64,000 nucleotides of DNA from Eledone cirrhosa (taxonomy: Eukaryota). Position 1 is the stretch's first letter. Each line of letters starts with the position of its first letter. Shown here piece after piece: positions 1-14,414 of this stretch. Below the pieces are notes generated by a model. The model was not told the DNA's origin. It was given only the letters and a program-made list of their open reading frames with translations, and did no database searches. Both the position numbers and the translations under genes were made by a program. Where the stretch lies: positions 321,966,001 to 322,030,000 of the forward strand of contig OZ024743.1 in the NCBI GenBank assembly GCA_964016885.1. Direction: 5' to 3'.

Positions 1-329
1 CGTATCTATTCATAACTCATTGTTACTCAAGTCATTAATATTGTGTAATCAACAGTTATTTACATGTATGTAAGTCAGTTGTGTCCTCCACAGTCTTGTT
101 TGATGAAACTAGTCATTTCGATCTATGCCCCAACGTATCAAAAACACTACGGTTTATCCAAGGAACCTACTTTTACAGCGAGACGTATATTCGGCATATA
201 GATTCGAAATTACAGTCACGTGCATGCTGGTATTTCAACTTATTAACGGTAACGTCTCGTCAGGCAATCTGATGAACCATTACCGTTCTAAGAATATATA
301 TATATAAAACAAAGCGAAGTCGATAGATG

Positions 330-384
<55 letters not shown>

Positions 385-497
385 TATATATGAGCACACA
401 TGGCGAGGACAGGAACTGTTAAAACGGACACTGGACAAATCTGTATGCCACCGGCTGTTTGCTGGGGATCACCACGATTTCCGTTAAATTGAAAATT

Positions 498-584
<87 letters not shown>

Positions 585-2721
585 GCCTTAGCTCCTACTG
601 ACAGGAATTTTAATAATTCGCCATGTCCCATGTCAGTAAATTACCGAAAACTATCAACCCAGTTTCACACACTGGTGTTTAAATATCTGAAAATAGTATT
701 CTCAACTTAAACTGAAAGACTTTGTAAAGGTTAGTTGACATTTCTGCAACGCTAGTTAGATAGCACGGTATATTACGTTGAAAATTAGGTTAAAATTTTA
801 AAGAAGTGTTCACCTAATTATTTAGCTTAAAGTAATTACTAGGTTTAAACTATCTTTCATTTCTTTCGTTTCTTTCATTTCGCCTAATTACTATGCTTAA
901 ACTGTTTAAATTTGTCTTCACACTTCTGAAACTTGAAACGTGTAAAAATGTTTTAAAAGAACGCCATAAAATCAAGATAAACATTCATATAACAATTAAG
1001 TTAATATATTCCAAGTTCAGGATCAATTGTTGTCCCTTTACAAAACTCTAGTTTAACCCATTTGAAAACACTAAATAGATAACCCGGACGGTTCTACTAC
1101 TACACACACATGCCACATGCATCCAAGACCACTCCCCGCTCATAAAGCAAAGATCATACAAATAGCAAAACTTCAGTCGCCATCATATTACAACAACCAC
1201 TTACTGACATGATTAACGTTTTCTCTCTTTTATAATTATACTGTTGTTACACACACCTCTCCTCATCTGAAATAACAAGTCTTGTGCCACCTCCATTCAA
1301 ATTCACCTAGTATGAGTGCGCCCTAGCATCTTTCTTTTGTCTTAATTACTGTCTCACTTCATAAAACCATGCTCTAAACATATTTAAACAATATACCCAG
1401 ATATGCAGCATTCTTGAATTCCTTCCATTCATGTCCATTTTTCCTACATCAACCTTCACAAGATCATGCAGAACATCAACCAGATTAATCACGCCAGTCT
1501 CAAAATTCCCAATCATTTCACTCAACATTGAGCTAAAATTTGCTACTGAATTTCTTTTTTTTTTTTCGTCCATCTGTCAAAGGAATAAAAACATTGTCCA
1601 TGACCTTTGCAGGAGCTTGTTTCAGATAATCGAGAGCGAGAGGGGGATACGAAGAGAGAGGGGGAAGAGAGATGAGAAGGAGGAGAGAGGGGGAGAGGGG
1701 AAATAGAGAGAGCTGTGAGAATGCATCCTAAGAAATAGGAGAGAGAGACAGAGAGAGCAGTGAAAAGACAATCTCTTAGATTTGAGAGTGAGATGTGAAA
1801 TGTGAGAGAACATCCTCTTAGATCAGTGAGAAATATGACAGGATTTCCTCTCATATTGGTGGGAGGAAGAAAGAGAGAGTAATGAAAAAGGGATGCAAAA
1901 GTTGCTCAACTAAAAATACTGGAAATCAAGGCCAGCAAGAAAAAATGGGGACTGTGGTAACCGGAGTGTAGTTTCAATCTCTGTTAAACACCCGCAAGGG
2001 ACCGGGTGTTAAACTGGGTGACATATTAGGTCGTCTATAACCTATATTAAGGAAGCTGGGCTCCCGTCCAATAGTCCGATGCTTGTAACAGATTGGACCT
2101 CCACTAAAGACATCCGAGAACCAGCATGTGATATTAAATTAGTAAAACCCGTGACATCTTTTAGAATTACTAAAAGTACTTTGAATTTTCAAAGCATTTT
2201 AGAAACACTTGACAAAGAATGTATTTATTTAAGATTTGTTTTCCTGAAAGTACTTGAATGTGTTTATCCTTTGATCCTAAAAGAAACACTCTGATTCTTT
2301 ATGTTACAGTGCATCCTACACAAGAGTGGATGGGTAAAAAAAAGCATAGTTGAAAGACACTGTGATAATGTGTATATCCATCGGTCTAGAAGCCACACTT
2401 AAATAAAGTATAATTCATAGAGCAAACATAAGTAATGGATAAGACAGTCCCCTAACACTAAAGTAAGAATCATACCACATACGGTGCCTACAAAATCAGA
2501 ACAAAATATCGCCAATAAATACACGCTGTGATTATCCTTTGAAAAGAAAATTGATATTCCAGCGAGATATCCCTCAATGTTAATATTTAGTTTGTCCAGC
2601 TAGAGACATGTGACAAAATCAAGAATGGTAAACCTTTTCAATACCTGGAGTGATCTGCGAACGCATAAAAATCTCTAGTGGAGTATATGTGCTGATAAAT
2701 ATAATATAATTAAATAATAAG

Positions 2722-2884
2722 AATTGTTTCTGATTTAGGCACAAGGTCAACAATTTGGGGGAGGGAAAGTCGATTAAATTGATTCCAGTGTGTTACTGGT
2801 ACTTTATTTCAAAGACTCCGGAAGGATGAAAGGTAAAGCAAATATCGGCTGGATTAGAACTCAGAACGTAAAGGGACGTAACTA
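2722..2884 (-). mobile_element. SINE family A, diverged (further fragments at 4830-4965, 5050-5160, 46203-46272, 62985-63125)
   Basis: GGCACAAGG..ACTGGTACTTTATTT..AAGGATGAAAGG..GAACTCAGAAC. Confidence 0.72.
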
Positions 2885-3744
2885 TTAAACTTTTTTTTTT
2901 TTTTGTTATGATTTATAAAAGATTTCTTATGTAGACGACTATTTCCCTGTCTTAATCTATTTAATGTATTTTAGATGCCTACAGTTTCTGTTACATCAAT
3001 GCTTTTTTTTACAGAATATTGCCACTTTCTGATTAGGAAGAAGGAAAATATTTTCTAAAGTTTATCGCTGATACTCTATATGTTCCACGACATATTCTGA
3101 AAGAAAGGGTTTAATTTGGCTTGAACTCTATAAGATTTCAATTCAAAACCTAAATACTGACAGATTTTGAAATACTGTAATATATTTTGACTTGATCTTA
3201 GTTTGACTTCAATCAGCGTCAAAACACCTTTAAACGTTATCATCACTTTATTTTACGTTCACTCTTCTATGATGGCATGAGTTGGATGGGACATTTTGGG
3301 GCAGTATTTTACGGCCGGATGCCCTTCCTGACACCAACCACTTTAGTTGCCTCTTACGACATGCCGTGACCTTCTATATTTATACTAAAAACAGGATACA
3401 TCCAGGAAAAAAAAGATAGCTTCCATCCCATTTACCCCGTAGATGTAACACATAAATGAAAAGGAAACAAATATAATATTTGTATTTTCATATAATGCAC
3501 AAGTGTCCATGTCGTTACTTCTAATTAGTCTATCTCGGTGGCCGGATACAGACGTTTATGAAATGCTGTGAGGATTTTTTAATCGCATGTAATCAGGATG
3601 TCGACATCAGCAGAATAGAGTTGATGAATGAGGATTTCAAATTATATAATGTGACACGCCACAACACCCGCAATAAACATATAAATATATGAATACATAA
3701 ATAAATAAATAATGACAAGCATACACACACGCATATATATATAA

Positions 3745-3829
<85 letters not shown>

Positions 3830-3876
3830 CGCGCGCGCCCGTGTGCGTATGACTGTGTATATATATATACATACAT

Positions 3877-3960
3877 ACAGGGTGTCCCCCAAAAATGTGC
3901 GCACACTTCAACACCATTCTAATCAAAGTGTGCATACATTTTTCAGCGGGTAACACCCTA
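3877..3960. mobile_element. Tc1/mariner-type MITE (second copy ~8820-8910)
   Basis: TA-CAGGGTGTCC..ACACCCTA-TA termini with internal inverted repeat AAAATGTGCGCACACTT/AAGTGTGCATACATTTT. Confidence 0.62.
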
Positions 3961-4007
3961 TATATATATATATATATATATATAAAGAAATCACTGATAT
4001 ATATATA

Positions 4008-4288
4008 AAGAAATCACTGATGTCAGTGCCTAACTCATCATGATAATATAAAATTCCCTCTATCTCGCTGTAAGAACGAAATTTAAATAAACGATGATGA
4101 AATTATATATTACAGAGGTTTCCTCCTCAAATGCATCATTATAGACTTCAATCTTTTTATCATCAGTCTCAATTTCGTCATCATCAAATATAATTTCATC
4201 ATCGTTTATTTAAATTTCGTCCTTACACCGAGATAGAGGGAATTTTATATTATTATGATGAGTTAGGCACTGACATCAGTGATTTCTT
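4008..4288. repeat. Inverted repeat, ~100-bp arms
   Basis: AAGAAATCACTGATGTCAG..AATTATAT pairs with ATATAATT..CAGTGATTTCTT. Confidence 0.9.
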
Positions 4289-5299
4289 ATCCCAGAATTG
4301 TAAACATTTTAAAGTTTTGCAAAGAATTACAAGTTTTGTATTAAGAAAAAAACAGTTGTCGCTACCTACGTTACTGTAAATATATATATTCAACCTGATT
4401 GTATTTCCGTTGTTGTGGTGGCTTCTGTGGCTTTGTCCCCTAACCACAGTTTTCAATTTGTCACGCTATTTAACGTATGCTTATTACTCTAAGATGTAAC
4501 TTATCGATTTATCAATATCTTCTTATTGAGTGCTTCGTACAAGCTCCGAATATTGTTTTTTTCGTGGATGCTGGCCGACCGCCGCAACTTCGATTTTACT
4601 AACTTCCACTCATATATATATATATGTGTGTGTGCGTGTGTGTGCGTGTGTGTGTGTGGACTCGAAACTCCGGAGGGAGTCGTAGAGGCACTGGATTGAC
4701 ATATGGCGTTTCTATGACATTTTAAAACCTGGTGGAGCCTATCTCCTCTCCAGGTCTGAATACACCAGATTTCTTCCAGAGAATGATATAGAGTGAGAGA
4801 ATGGAAGTGAGAAAGATATATAGAAGAAGAATGGACCCAGAACTTGACTGGTACTTTTTTTTTCACCTCGAAGTTGATATCGGCGAGATTTGAGAGTAAA
4901 TAGCCAAAACGAGTACAGTAAAGCATTATATCCGATGTTCTAACGACTCTACCAATTAACTGCCTCAGATCAATATTACGTCAACTTCGAGGGTAGGGTG
5001 AAAAGTTCATAGGCTCAGAGAGTCTGAGAGTGGGGAGAAACAACTCCAGAAATAGACGGGTACTTTTTTATCGACCTCGAATGGATGCAAGCAAAGTTGA
5101 CTTCGGTGGTATTTGAACACAGAGAGTCTGAACGGATGGATATCTAACCACTCTGCCAACTGTAAATATATGTACATATATTTGTACATACAATCTAAAC
5201 TATATCTGCCCCACGACAAACACAAAAGCGAATAACATATTTCTTAATATGTTCCTACAAATTCATCATACAACCATATTCGGTAAACAAAGTCTGATC

Positions 5300-5332
<33 letters not shown>

Positions 5333-6044
5333 CATATATAAAGGTGGCGGGGGGGGGGGGGGGTATTTATGCATATTGAAAATGTGGGAATCCGAAATGC
5401 AGTATCTATAACAACAGTCGATCAATATAGCCAGTTTAAAATATGGGGTAAATTATAAGCTTATATATATATATATATATACGTATATATATATATATGT
5501 GTGTATATAACCAAAGATTAGTATGGCTCGTTGATTACTCAACGAATACAATTTTACAATAGATTAGAAGCACGCCCTCTCAATAATTAATTATATATAT
5601 AATTAGTAATAATAATAAATGTGAAGACTAAAATCCAAAGAGGGCTCGATAACGATAAATATATATCAAATATAAAAGAACCATAGAGCAAATATGGTTC
5701 TCATTACTGACGTATTATCTTCGCTTTTTCCGTTCATTGCCAGGGAAGGTCTTCACGAACCAAGTATCGTCTTCCTGTTTTCCTTCGGTTGCAACGTTTT
5801 TCAAAATATTTACTTCTACGTTCACAGATTGAGTATTTTAGTTTCAGAAGATCCCGTTAAGAGTGAAAGCAGCGATTCTTTGCTTAAAATTTAATCTGTT
5901 ATTTTAATATATATATATATATAATTATATATTCGTATACAGATATTTTTGCATACATAAAAACAAAATATAAACAAACGTATTTATTTCACGAAAGCAC
6001 AGACCGCTTATCGTCATTGTTACTGCCGGACAGGCCAATTAGTA

Positions 6045-6278
6045 TATATATATATAAACGAAGATGTCTGTCTGTCTGTATCTATGTAGGCGATACCTTT
6101 CCACAGTTTCCATCCGATTTTGTTCAAATATGATTCATAGTTTATTTAGCTCCCGTAGCATGTCAACATGTAAATTAAATCTTTCTCTCCCCTAAAATAA
6201 CAGAGTTCTGGGGCTAACAAAAGACGGCCATATTGACGGCTGAGGGCATTCCCAGGAACGACGGGCTCGTTTGCTAGT
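6045..6278 (+). mobile_element. Non-autonomous Helitron-like element
   Basis: 5' TATATAAA..(GTCT)n; 3' degenerate hairpin CCCAGGAACGACGGG followed by CTAG|T at 6274-6278. Confidence 0.62.
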
Positions 6279-6284
6279 ACATAT

Positions 6285-6982
6285 ACATATATAAAATCAT
6301 AAATACGGGGAAATAATAGACAAAAATATACGTATGTTTTCTTCAACGTCACGACTGCAGTTTCGCCTACTGTTTTGTAGAAATCAAACACCAGAAGAGT
6401 GCACTCTCGCTGTGAGGCTATAGGCTTACCAAGAGACCCCTCAATTTACTGGACTGTTTTTGACCCGACCGTTACAAGTGAATAGTTCGGGGGGGTCTAA
6501 TTCGATATGTGATATTTTGTATTTTTACAATAATATACACTACTCAATTCATTCGCCTATTATAGGGGTTCCCTCCCTTGCTAGACCCCACGTGGATTTA
6601 ATAACGGGTTCCCTTGTATTATTGAGCTAAACGCCCGTTGAAGAAGTGGTTTCCTTGTTCATCTTCTTACCAGAAGCCGGATATTTTTTATGTAAGCTGA
6701 CGGTAACTGATTTAGGAGCCGCAGAAACCCAAATGCTGGAAATTACCATCTTTCCAGGGGTCCGGGTAATTTTTTCATTCATATATATTTTTATTTGTCT
6801 GACCCGAATTCTCTTGGTCGCGTTTTTCGGCTGTGCGAATGATTGTTTAAGCATCGTCTCAGTGTGTTGGTATTTAAACGTTAGTTATAGCTCTGGTTTA
6901 TCCAAACTATTGAACACTTTGCCACACATTTCGCAGATTGTGTTTCGTTATTTCGTGGGCCGAGGTTCCGATTCTCGATAAT

Positions 6983-6985
<3 letters not shown>
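6285..6985 (-). mobile_element. Probable highly decayed Penelope-like 3' fragment with hammerhead
   Basis: Minus-strand TFKYQH..KQSFAQPKNAT..IK loosely resembles a PLE GIY-YIG C-terminus; hammerhead motif downstream at 6437-6348; flanked by TA runs. Confidence 0.45.
6348..6437 (-). ncRNA. Hammerhead motif, U3-A8 type with A6G decay
   Basis: Reverse strand GTCTC-TTGGTAA-GCCTA..TAGGC-GAAA-CTGCAG-TC-GTGAC. Confidence 0.62.
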
Positions 6986-7043
<58 letters not shown>

Positions 7044-7199
7044 CATAATATACACACACACACACCACGCATATGCATGTATATACACATGTGTGAGGCA
7101 GAAGCTATAAAGACAACCAGAAATTACATAACCTAAAGGAAGAACAGGAGTAATAGTAATAATAGATGAACAAATAAATAAACAATAAAACAATTAGAA

Positions 7200-7976
7200 T
7201 GAATGCTGATGCTTGTGGTGATGATGGTGGCCGTGTTGATGATGATGATAACGATGATGAGGAAGGTGGTAATGATGGAGATGATGATAGCAATGATCAA
7301 TATGATGATGATGATGATGGTGATGAGGAGGATGATAATGATGACGATGTTGATAATGGTGTCGTCGATAATGATAATGATGATGGTGGCGATAGACATG
7401 ATGATGGTGATGATGATGATGGTGGTGATGCTGATGATGGTGGTGGTGATGAGGAGGAGGGGGAGGATGGTACTGGTGATGGCGATGATGAGCATGATGG
7501 TGGTGAGTGTCGCGGTGAGGAGGATGATAATGATGATGATGGTAATAATTGTTTCTACTTTCGGCACAAGGCCAGCAATTATCCCAGTGTATTACTGGTA
7601 CTTTATTTTATCGACCACGTAAGGATGAAAGGCAAAGTTAACCTCGGCGGGATTTGAACTCAGACCATAAAGGGGCGTAACTCTATGCTTCAAATGATGG
7701 TAATAATGGTGACGATAAAGATAACCATGGTGGTGGTGGTGGTAATGGACATGATGATGATGATGAGGATGATGATGATTATGATGATGATGATTATGAG
7801 GGGGGGGGGTATGAGGAAGAGTGCAATAATAGTAGTGATGATGAGTATGGTGGTGGTGGTGGTGGTGGCTGTAATGATTAGGATGAGGGTAATGATAACA
7901 GTGGTGATGTTGTGATGATGATGACTATGATGTTGATAATGACGATGGGGGACGACCATGATGATGATGATGATGA
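7200..7976. repeat. Degenerate (GAT/GGT)n trinucleotide tract
   Basis: Directly visible; interrupted by a SINE. Confidence 0.95.
7546..7686 (-). mobile_element. SINE family A inserted in a (GAT)n tract
   Basis: GGCAAAGTTAACCTCGGCGGGATTTGAACTCAG. Confidence 0.82.
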
Positions 7977-8211
7977 AATGAATAGCTAAACTAATAAAAT
8001 GGATTGGTAGGAATTAAATGTACCGTGAGACGAGCTAGAAATTCTCTGAGCATCTACCAACTGGAATATGGCGGTGAAAAGTAGCGAACAGATTATCTTG
8101 TCCTGTCTAATAATAATAATTGACCAATTTACTTACATATTCACAGCAGTCAAGAAAATATGTGTGTGTGTGTGTGCTTATATATATATATATATTTATT
8201 TCTCTCCCTCC

Positions 8212-8260
<49 letters not shown>

Positions 8261-8328
8261 CATACATATATACATGCATACACACATTTATACATACATG
8301 CACACACACATATATAGATTATATATAT

Positions 8329-8408
<80 letters not shown>

Positions 8409-9246
8409 GTCTGAGTATTGGCGGTGCGAGGAAGTGCAGGAAAAGGGTGCTAAAAGAATGAAAGTAAATGAATATGTACGCTCTCCCAGATATGAATGTG
8501 GGAAACTTCTTAGATTCTCTGGAGTTGGTGGAGTACATATTTTAAAACTCTCTCAGACGTTTTGACATGCCTGCCTTTCGTTCACTCTCTAGCCTCATTT
8601 TTACACTCACTCACTTACAAATACACAAACCATACATTTAGGAAGGTCTGTTGACTAGCTAGAAATAGCGGCCAAATCTCCCTCAAATCTCACTTTGTCA
8701 CGCGAGGTTGAGTGAGCCTAATGTAAATCATTGATAACCCTAAAACGAAAGTAGTTCTCTCTATATATATACATATATATATATGTATATATCTTTCTCT
8801 CTCTCTCATATTTATATATACACAGTGTCCCCGCAAAATGTATTCATTTATTCACATATACATTAGAATGCTGTTGAAGTGTATATATACATTTTTGTGA
8901 CAGCCTGTATATATATATATACAGGGTGTCATGTATATATATATATATATATATATAGCGATACTCCTGCCAGTTTTGTAATCTGACTTTTATCCGTCTG
9001 ATATATTATACAATATATGATGTAACTCTGGCCAAATTTACGAATGTTTAAAGACACTTTCAACACCCTGTTGGTTTCATTTCCAAAAGGACTGCTGCAC
9101 AGAGTGGAAGTTGTCATTGTCACTCGATCTCAATGAGTACTTATCAGCTCTTAATGCTAGTTTCAGTGATTCTCACATAATTTATCAATAACATCTACAG
9201 CTGTTAGGGTCTCTTTATCCGATCTTTTCTCAGATATCTCATATAC

Positions 9247-9316
<70 letters not shown>

Positions 9317-9366
9317 TAATTATGAAACAGCTTGTCGAATAGAATGGACACATCTTCGACAATCAA

Positions 9367-9471
<105 letters not shown>

Positions 9472-9629
9472 GTGTGTACATATATAATCACCAGTTAGAC
9501 TACTAAGACCATATTCAGAAGTAAAGTGGTGCATGTACAGTTAAAAGTTAGAGCCCTCCCTCAATCCATGCTACATAATATTGTTAACCGACTTAACGCT
9601 ATTTTGAAAGTGTAGACGTAGACACACAC

Positions 9630-9782
9630 ATATGACAGGCTTTCACAGAGTGACTCATCTACCACATTTCACTCACAAGGCTGTGGTCAACCCGTGGCTA
9701 TAGAAGACACTTGCCCATGTGTGCCACGCAGTGGGAACGAACCCGGGACCACATGGTTTAGAAGCGAACTTCTAGGCCACAC
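9630..9782 (-). mobile_element. tRNA-derived SINE family B (also 12195-12360 minus, 45235-45840 minus, 49735-49885 plus)
   Basis: Reverse-strand B-box GGTTCGTTCCC and shared body CACTCACAAGGCT..TATAGAAGACACTTGCCC. Confidence 0.72.
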
Positions 9783-9803
9783 ACACACACGACCTTTAAC
9801 TAT

Positions 9804-9917
<114 letters not shown>

Positions 9918-10015
9918 TCCACATTGAAAGCCGTTTCAATCAGTCTTCTGCTTTTAGCTAGGAATCTAATTGTTTGGTTCTCATGAATATGGTGTTATAT
10001 GTGGCGAGACTGGTT

Positions 10016-10124
<109 letters not shown>

Positions 10125-10306
10125 TAAAATAACAGATTAAAGTTTAAGCAAAGAATCGCTGCTTTCACCCTTAACGGGATCTTCTGAAACTAACAAAGTC
10201 AATCTGTAAACGCAGAACTGGATATTTCAAAAAAACGTTGCAACCGGAGGAAGACAGGAAGACGATACTTTGGTTCGTGGATTTTAGTCTTCAAATTTAT
10301 TATTAT

Positions 10307-10415
<109 letters not shown>

Positions 10416-10651
10416 AATAAAAACAAATAACGAAACGAAATTAAATTTCGTTTCGTTTGTAACTCACTTTTGTATGACTGACGCTTAAACAATTAAGTTA
10501 AAGATGTACATCCATATATGTATACTGAAATACTAGTATGTATATGAATACACACACTCTATGCAAATTAGTCTGCCCACTACTAATTATCATAGAAAAA
10601 GCATATAACGATGTGCTTTTACGATTCTCTAGAGAGGCCGGAAGATAGGTA

Positions 10652-10696
10652 AATATTGCTGATGAGTTGTAACAACAACGAAACTAGTTCAATATT
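10652..10696 (+). ncRNA. Minimal type I hammerhead ribozyme motif
   Basis: AATATTG-CTGATGA-GTTGT aaca ACAAC-GAAA-CTAG-TT-CAATATT: 7-bp stem I, 5-bp stem II, palindromic loop III, GUU triplet. Confidence 0.82.
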
Positions 10697-10994
10697 CCTT
10701 GTCTGGCTTTCTGAAGAATAGAGGAAAGGTGTTTCCTCAAAAACCAGTATGACTCTAAAAACCGGTTTGTCTGTGTGCTTACATACAGAATAGCTGGCCA
10801 CTCACAGTAAAGTGACCAGTGAAAAAAACTTGGTACATCTACATATGTATACGTGTGTGTATTCATATACATACTAGTATTTCAGTATACATATATGGAT
10901 GTACATCTTTAACTTAATTGTTATATATATGTCTTCCTCCGGTTGCAACGTTTTTTTGAAATATCCAGTTCTGCGTTTACAGATTGACTTTGTT

Positions 10995-11045
10995 AGTTTC
11001 AGAAGATCCCGTTAAGGGTGAAAGCAGCGATTCTTTGCTTAAACT
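10995..11045 (+). ncRNA. Hammerhead-like motif with U4A core (copies at 5840-5890 plus strand and ~10141-10191 minus strand)
   Basis: AGTTT-CAGAAGA-t-CCC gttaa GGG-t-GAAA-GCA..TGC-TT-AAACT; all three stems are present. Confidence 0.58.
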
Positions 11046-11056
11046 TTAATCTGTTA

Positions 11057-11159
<103 letters not shown>

Positions 11160-12794
11160 ATATAAACCAGTCTCGCCACATATAACACCATATTCATGAG
11201 AACCAAACAATTAGATTCCTAGCTAAAAGCAGAAGACTGATTGAAACGGCTTTCAATGTGGAAACCCTGCATCACATATATCGATTTTAACCAAAGGTAG
11301 CCATTGTGGTATTGATAGAGTAGAAATTAATTGACTGAGAAATAACTAACTAAAATAAAAAATTTGATAAGATCAGAGGTGATCGGATTTGACAAAATAT
11401 GTTCATAAAAATACTCTCAAGTATGATAAAGTTTTATTTCTTAATATATTTCTTTAAATTCTGAGCTAATGGAACTATCATCAACGAACTCCTAACCATA
11501 TCTTTATCATTGGTTTGTATATCCAGTATAACTGCATCGTCCAATATACCCATTGCTTCTGAAGATGGTAAGGTGTGACTTGTGTGATATTTGAACAATA
11601 TGACGATTGCTTTTTAAGATGGTAAAATGTGACTTGTGCCAGAATTGAAATCTATCTCTAGTAGGTTGGTCTTCCCTCGTTAGATCGTATGCATTTCTTT
11701 GTATAGCATTATACCATGGTAGAGACATGAGTTGTACTGTTTCAGAGGTTTTTTCACTGGAGGAAAACATGGTTCTATCCGAAACATTAATATACACGCT
11801 TTTTTACACATCATATATACTTATTCATATTTACAAGTTTAATTACGAAGAAATTGTTAATAAATTATCCTGCAAAACTCCCCACCATCTTTAAAAGAAA
11901 AAAAAGGGTCACACTACATAATGTAGTCTCAGATACCCCTTGAGGGACGGGCTGGCAACGCTTGGAATATTTTTGATCTTATATATACCGAATTAAACTA
12001 AATAGAATGGGCCTCCGTCGTTCCGATGATGAGTATTCCAGCCGTTCGATCAACTGTACAGCCAACTAGTGTAATTAACGATCAAGTGCCCGAGAATTCC
12101 ACAGATATGTATATATCCTTAACATAATTCTCCAGAAAATTCAGTGTAACACAGTGAGTTGGCTGACCTTTCGAATTACAGATAAAATTGATGTGAGCGT
12201 TTCAAACAGTTTCCGTGTCTACTCAATTTCACTTATAAGGCTTGGGTCTACCCGAAATTATAGTAGGTAGTATTTGTCCAAGGTGTCACGTAGTGGTATT
12301 GAATCCGAAGCCTTATGATTGCAAGCTGAACTTCTGAACCATTCAACCATGTAGCGTTCATTTCATGTATACATCCCGTCAGGGCTGATTTAAAGCTAAA
12401 CAACAACAACAATAACAACATAATGCTTTTATAAGACAAACGTAGTAATAGATTGTAGTTATGTTCATTAACGTTATTTGAAAATAGTCGCCTGAGGAGG
12501 TAGCCCCGTGAGGTGGGGTGGTTTTCGGAGCCGGTGTCTCTGGCCATTCTCTGCGGTAACGCCTTTGCTATTTTGCCTGAGGGGCGCAGCTATGGTAACG
12601 CTCAGAGAGGGGTGTAGTTTCCGCTCAAAATACTGTCATTTCCATTATATGCGGCTTGATGTGTAAATCAGCAGCTGGACTAAAGTTCCATTTAAGGCAT
12701 AAGCATAAAAAATTGAACAGTGAAGACTGATGAACCCTCAAACACAGGAGAGTTCATCATATGTATGTATGTATGTATATATATATATATATAT

Positions 12795-13203
12795 CCGGGA
12801 GAGATGACCCCTTAGCCTTTGTCAAGGCAGAATTCTAGGAGAAGGAAAACTCTGATATAACACCTGCAACCCTGATGGTATCCAATGATGTTGAATTGTT
12901 CTTCTTTTTGGTAAATATCATCTTGGTTAAGAGAGTGGGACTGGCTTTGTGCAGTGCCTTTGCTCACTATAAAAGCTTCACAGCACAGGCATTGCTTTAT
13001 ATCTGGAGATCTCTCTGCACTTGTCGTCACATGGTACCATGGGCCCAGCACTATGTGTCAATAATTGTCACAAGTGTAGTGTTTGTACCAGAGTTTTCAA
13101 GTCGCTGGCTGGACTAAAAAGTCACATTCGTTCAGTGCATTGGTAGAGGTTCTCCTACATGGATATAAAGTAGTGGCCGTACTCGAAAACGAGTTGGCAG
13201 CCA

Positions 13204-13207
<4 letters not shown>
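12795..13207 (+). mobile_element. Non-autonomous retroposon family with 3' stem-loop (copies at 25090-25503, 47085-47290, 58150-58440, 63410-63715)
   Basis: Shared CTAGGAGAAGGAAAACTCTGATATAA motif and 3' end ACTCG-AAAA-CGAGT-TGGCAGCCACCAT followed by microsatellite. Confidence 0.72.
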
Positions 13208-13249
<42 letters not shown>

Positions 13250-13371
13250 CAGGAAAGAAGGTTTACATGGTTTGCTATACAAAAAAGTTTTTAATCACAT
13301 AGCTTACATTTGTTTCACTGAACTGGTATGTCTAGAGATCGCTACTGCATTTAACTATTATTTGTTAATCC

Positions 13372-13424
<53 letters not shown>

Positions 13425-14372
13425 CGGTATGTACACATTTCTTCTAAGTTTAATTTTACACCTAATTGTGTATGGTTGATGATGTATTTAGTCAGTTTCT
13501 ACATGCTGTCGAAATGTTGGATAAATAATCTACTGGGGCCACCGCGAAGAGGCCACTTTCGATTATTTGTCGGAGATTTCTTCATAAGAGCCTTTCTTCT
13601 TATAGCTTGGTCTAATTGATTTTTTATATGGTTAATTATGCTAATTAGAAGAGGAAATAGTATATATTTTATCTAATAATTCTAAGGACATGATTTATAA
13701 TATATATATATATATATATATGAATTTGTTTTACAACGTTTTTTATATGAAATCGTGTGTCGAAAAAAAATCAAAATGGCGTTGACATTACAATACAATG
13801 CAATAGGAGGGAACATAATAGTACCATTGATGATGTTGCAGATGTGCAACGAAAGGACTTTGATAGACTATGTATATATATACTTATATCTGTATTTTTA
13901 ACCGTTGGTCAGTCATTGATAAACATTGATTGTCAAATAAATTAACTATGGAGATACAAAAGATACAGAAGTGAAAACCAACCAAACAGTGAGTGTGTTC
14001 TGTTATTATTTCTGGCAATATTATTACAATAATATGACTCTCCCCAAGTATAACTATATATATAGTTATACTTGGGGAGGATCATATTGTTGTAATAATA
14101 CTGGAGGGTCAATCACCATTTGCCTCCATCATGGAATCATGGATCAACTAAGCACCCTTGCTATATTAACACATTTTGATCTGCTTAACTTCAAGAACTA
14201 TGCCTGTAAATAACATTATTTTTTCTTTCACATTGACTTTTTATGCTCTTCTTTACGCCTCTATTTTTCTTTTTTCTTTTCACTTCATAAACCTTGTTTG
14301 TAAATAACATTATTCTGTCTGCACCATTTCTTTAACATGTGCAACCCCACCATTCTACACCAATACATACCA

Positions 14373-14414
14373 CTATCATTTGATAATGCATAAAAATGCT
14401 GAAACCGGTAATAG
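14373..14414 (+). ncRNA. Minimal hammerhead motif, U3-A8 core variant
   Basis: TTGATAA-t-GCAT aaaa ATGC-t-GAAA-CCGG-TA; stem I imperfect (CTATcat/ATAG). Confidence 0.6.

Noticed and set aside
100-290. Imperfect hairpin with TTGATGA, CTGATGA and minus-strand CTGACGA words
   Set aside because: A consistent three-stem hammerhead could not be assembled.
1346-1630. Possible host exon on the minus strand (75-aa ORF)
   Set aside because: No recognisable motif, frame interrupted by a poly-A run, and no convincing splice sites; BLASTX would be needed.
7133-7959. Acidic D/G-rich and M/I-rich ORFs
   Set aside because: (GAT)n tract interrupted by a SINE; open in several frames because of composition.
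12488-12545. CTGAGGA..GGAGCCGGT as an A-to-G-mutated hammerhead
   Set aside because: GAAA is absent and no stem I pairing was found.
12727-12760. CTGATGA followed by a hairpin
   Set aside because: The core itself is base-paired in the hairpin and no GAAA or NUH follows.
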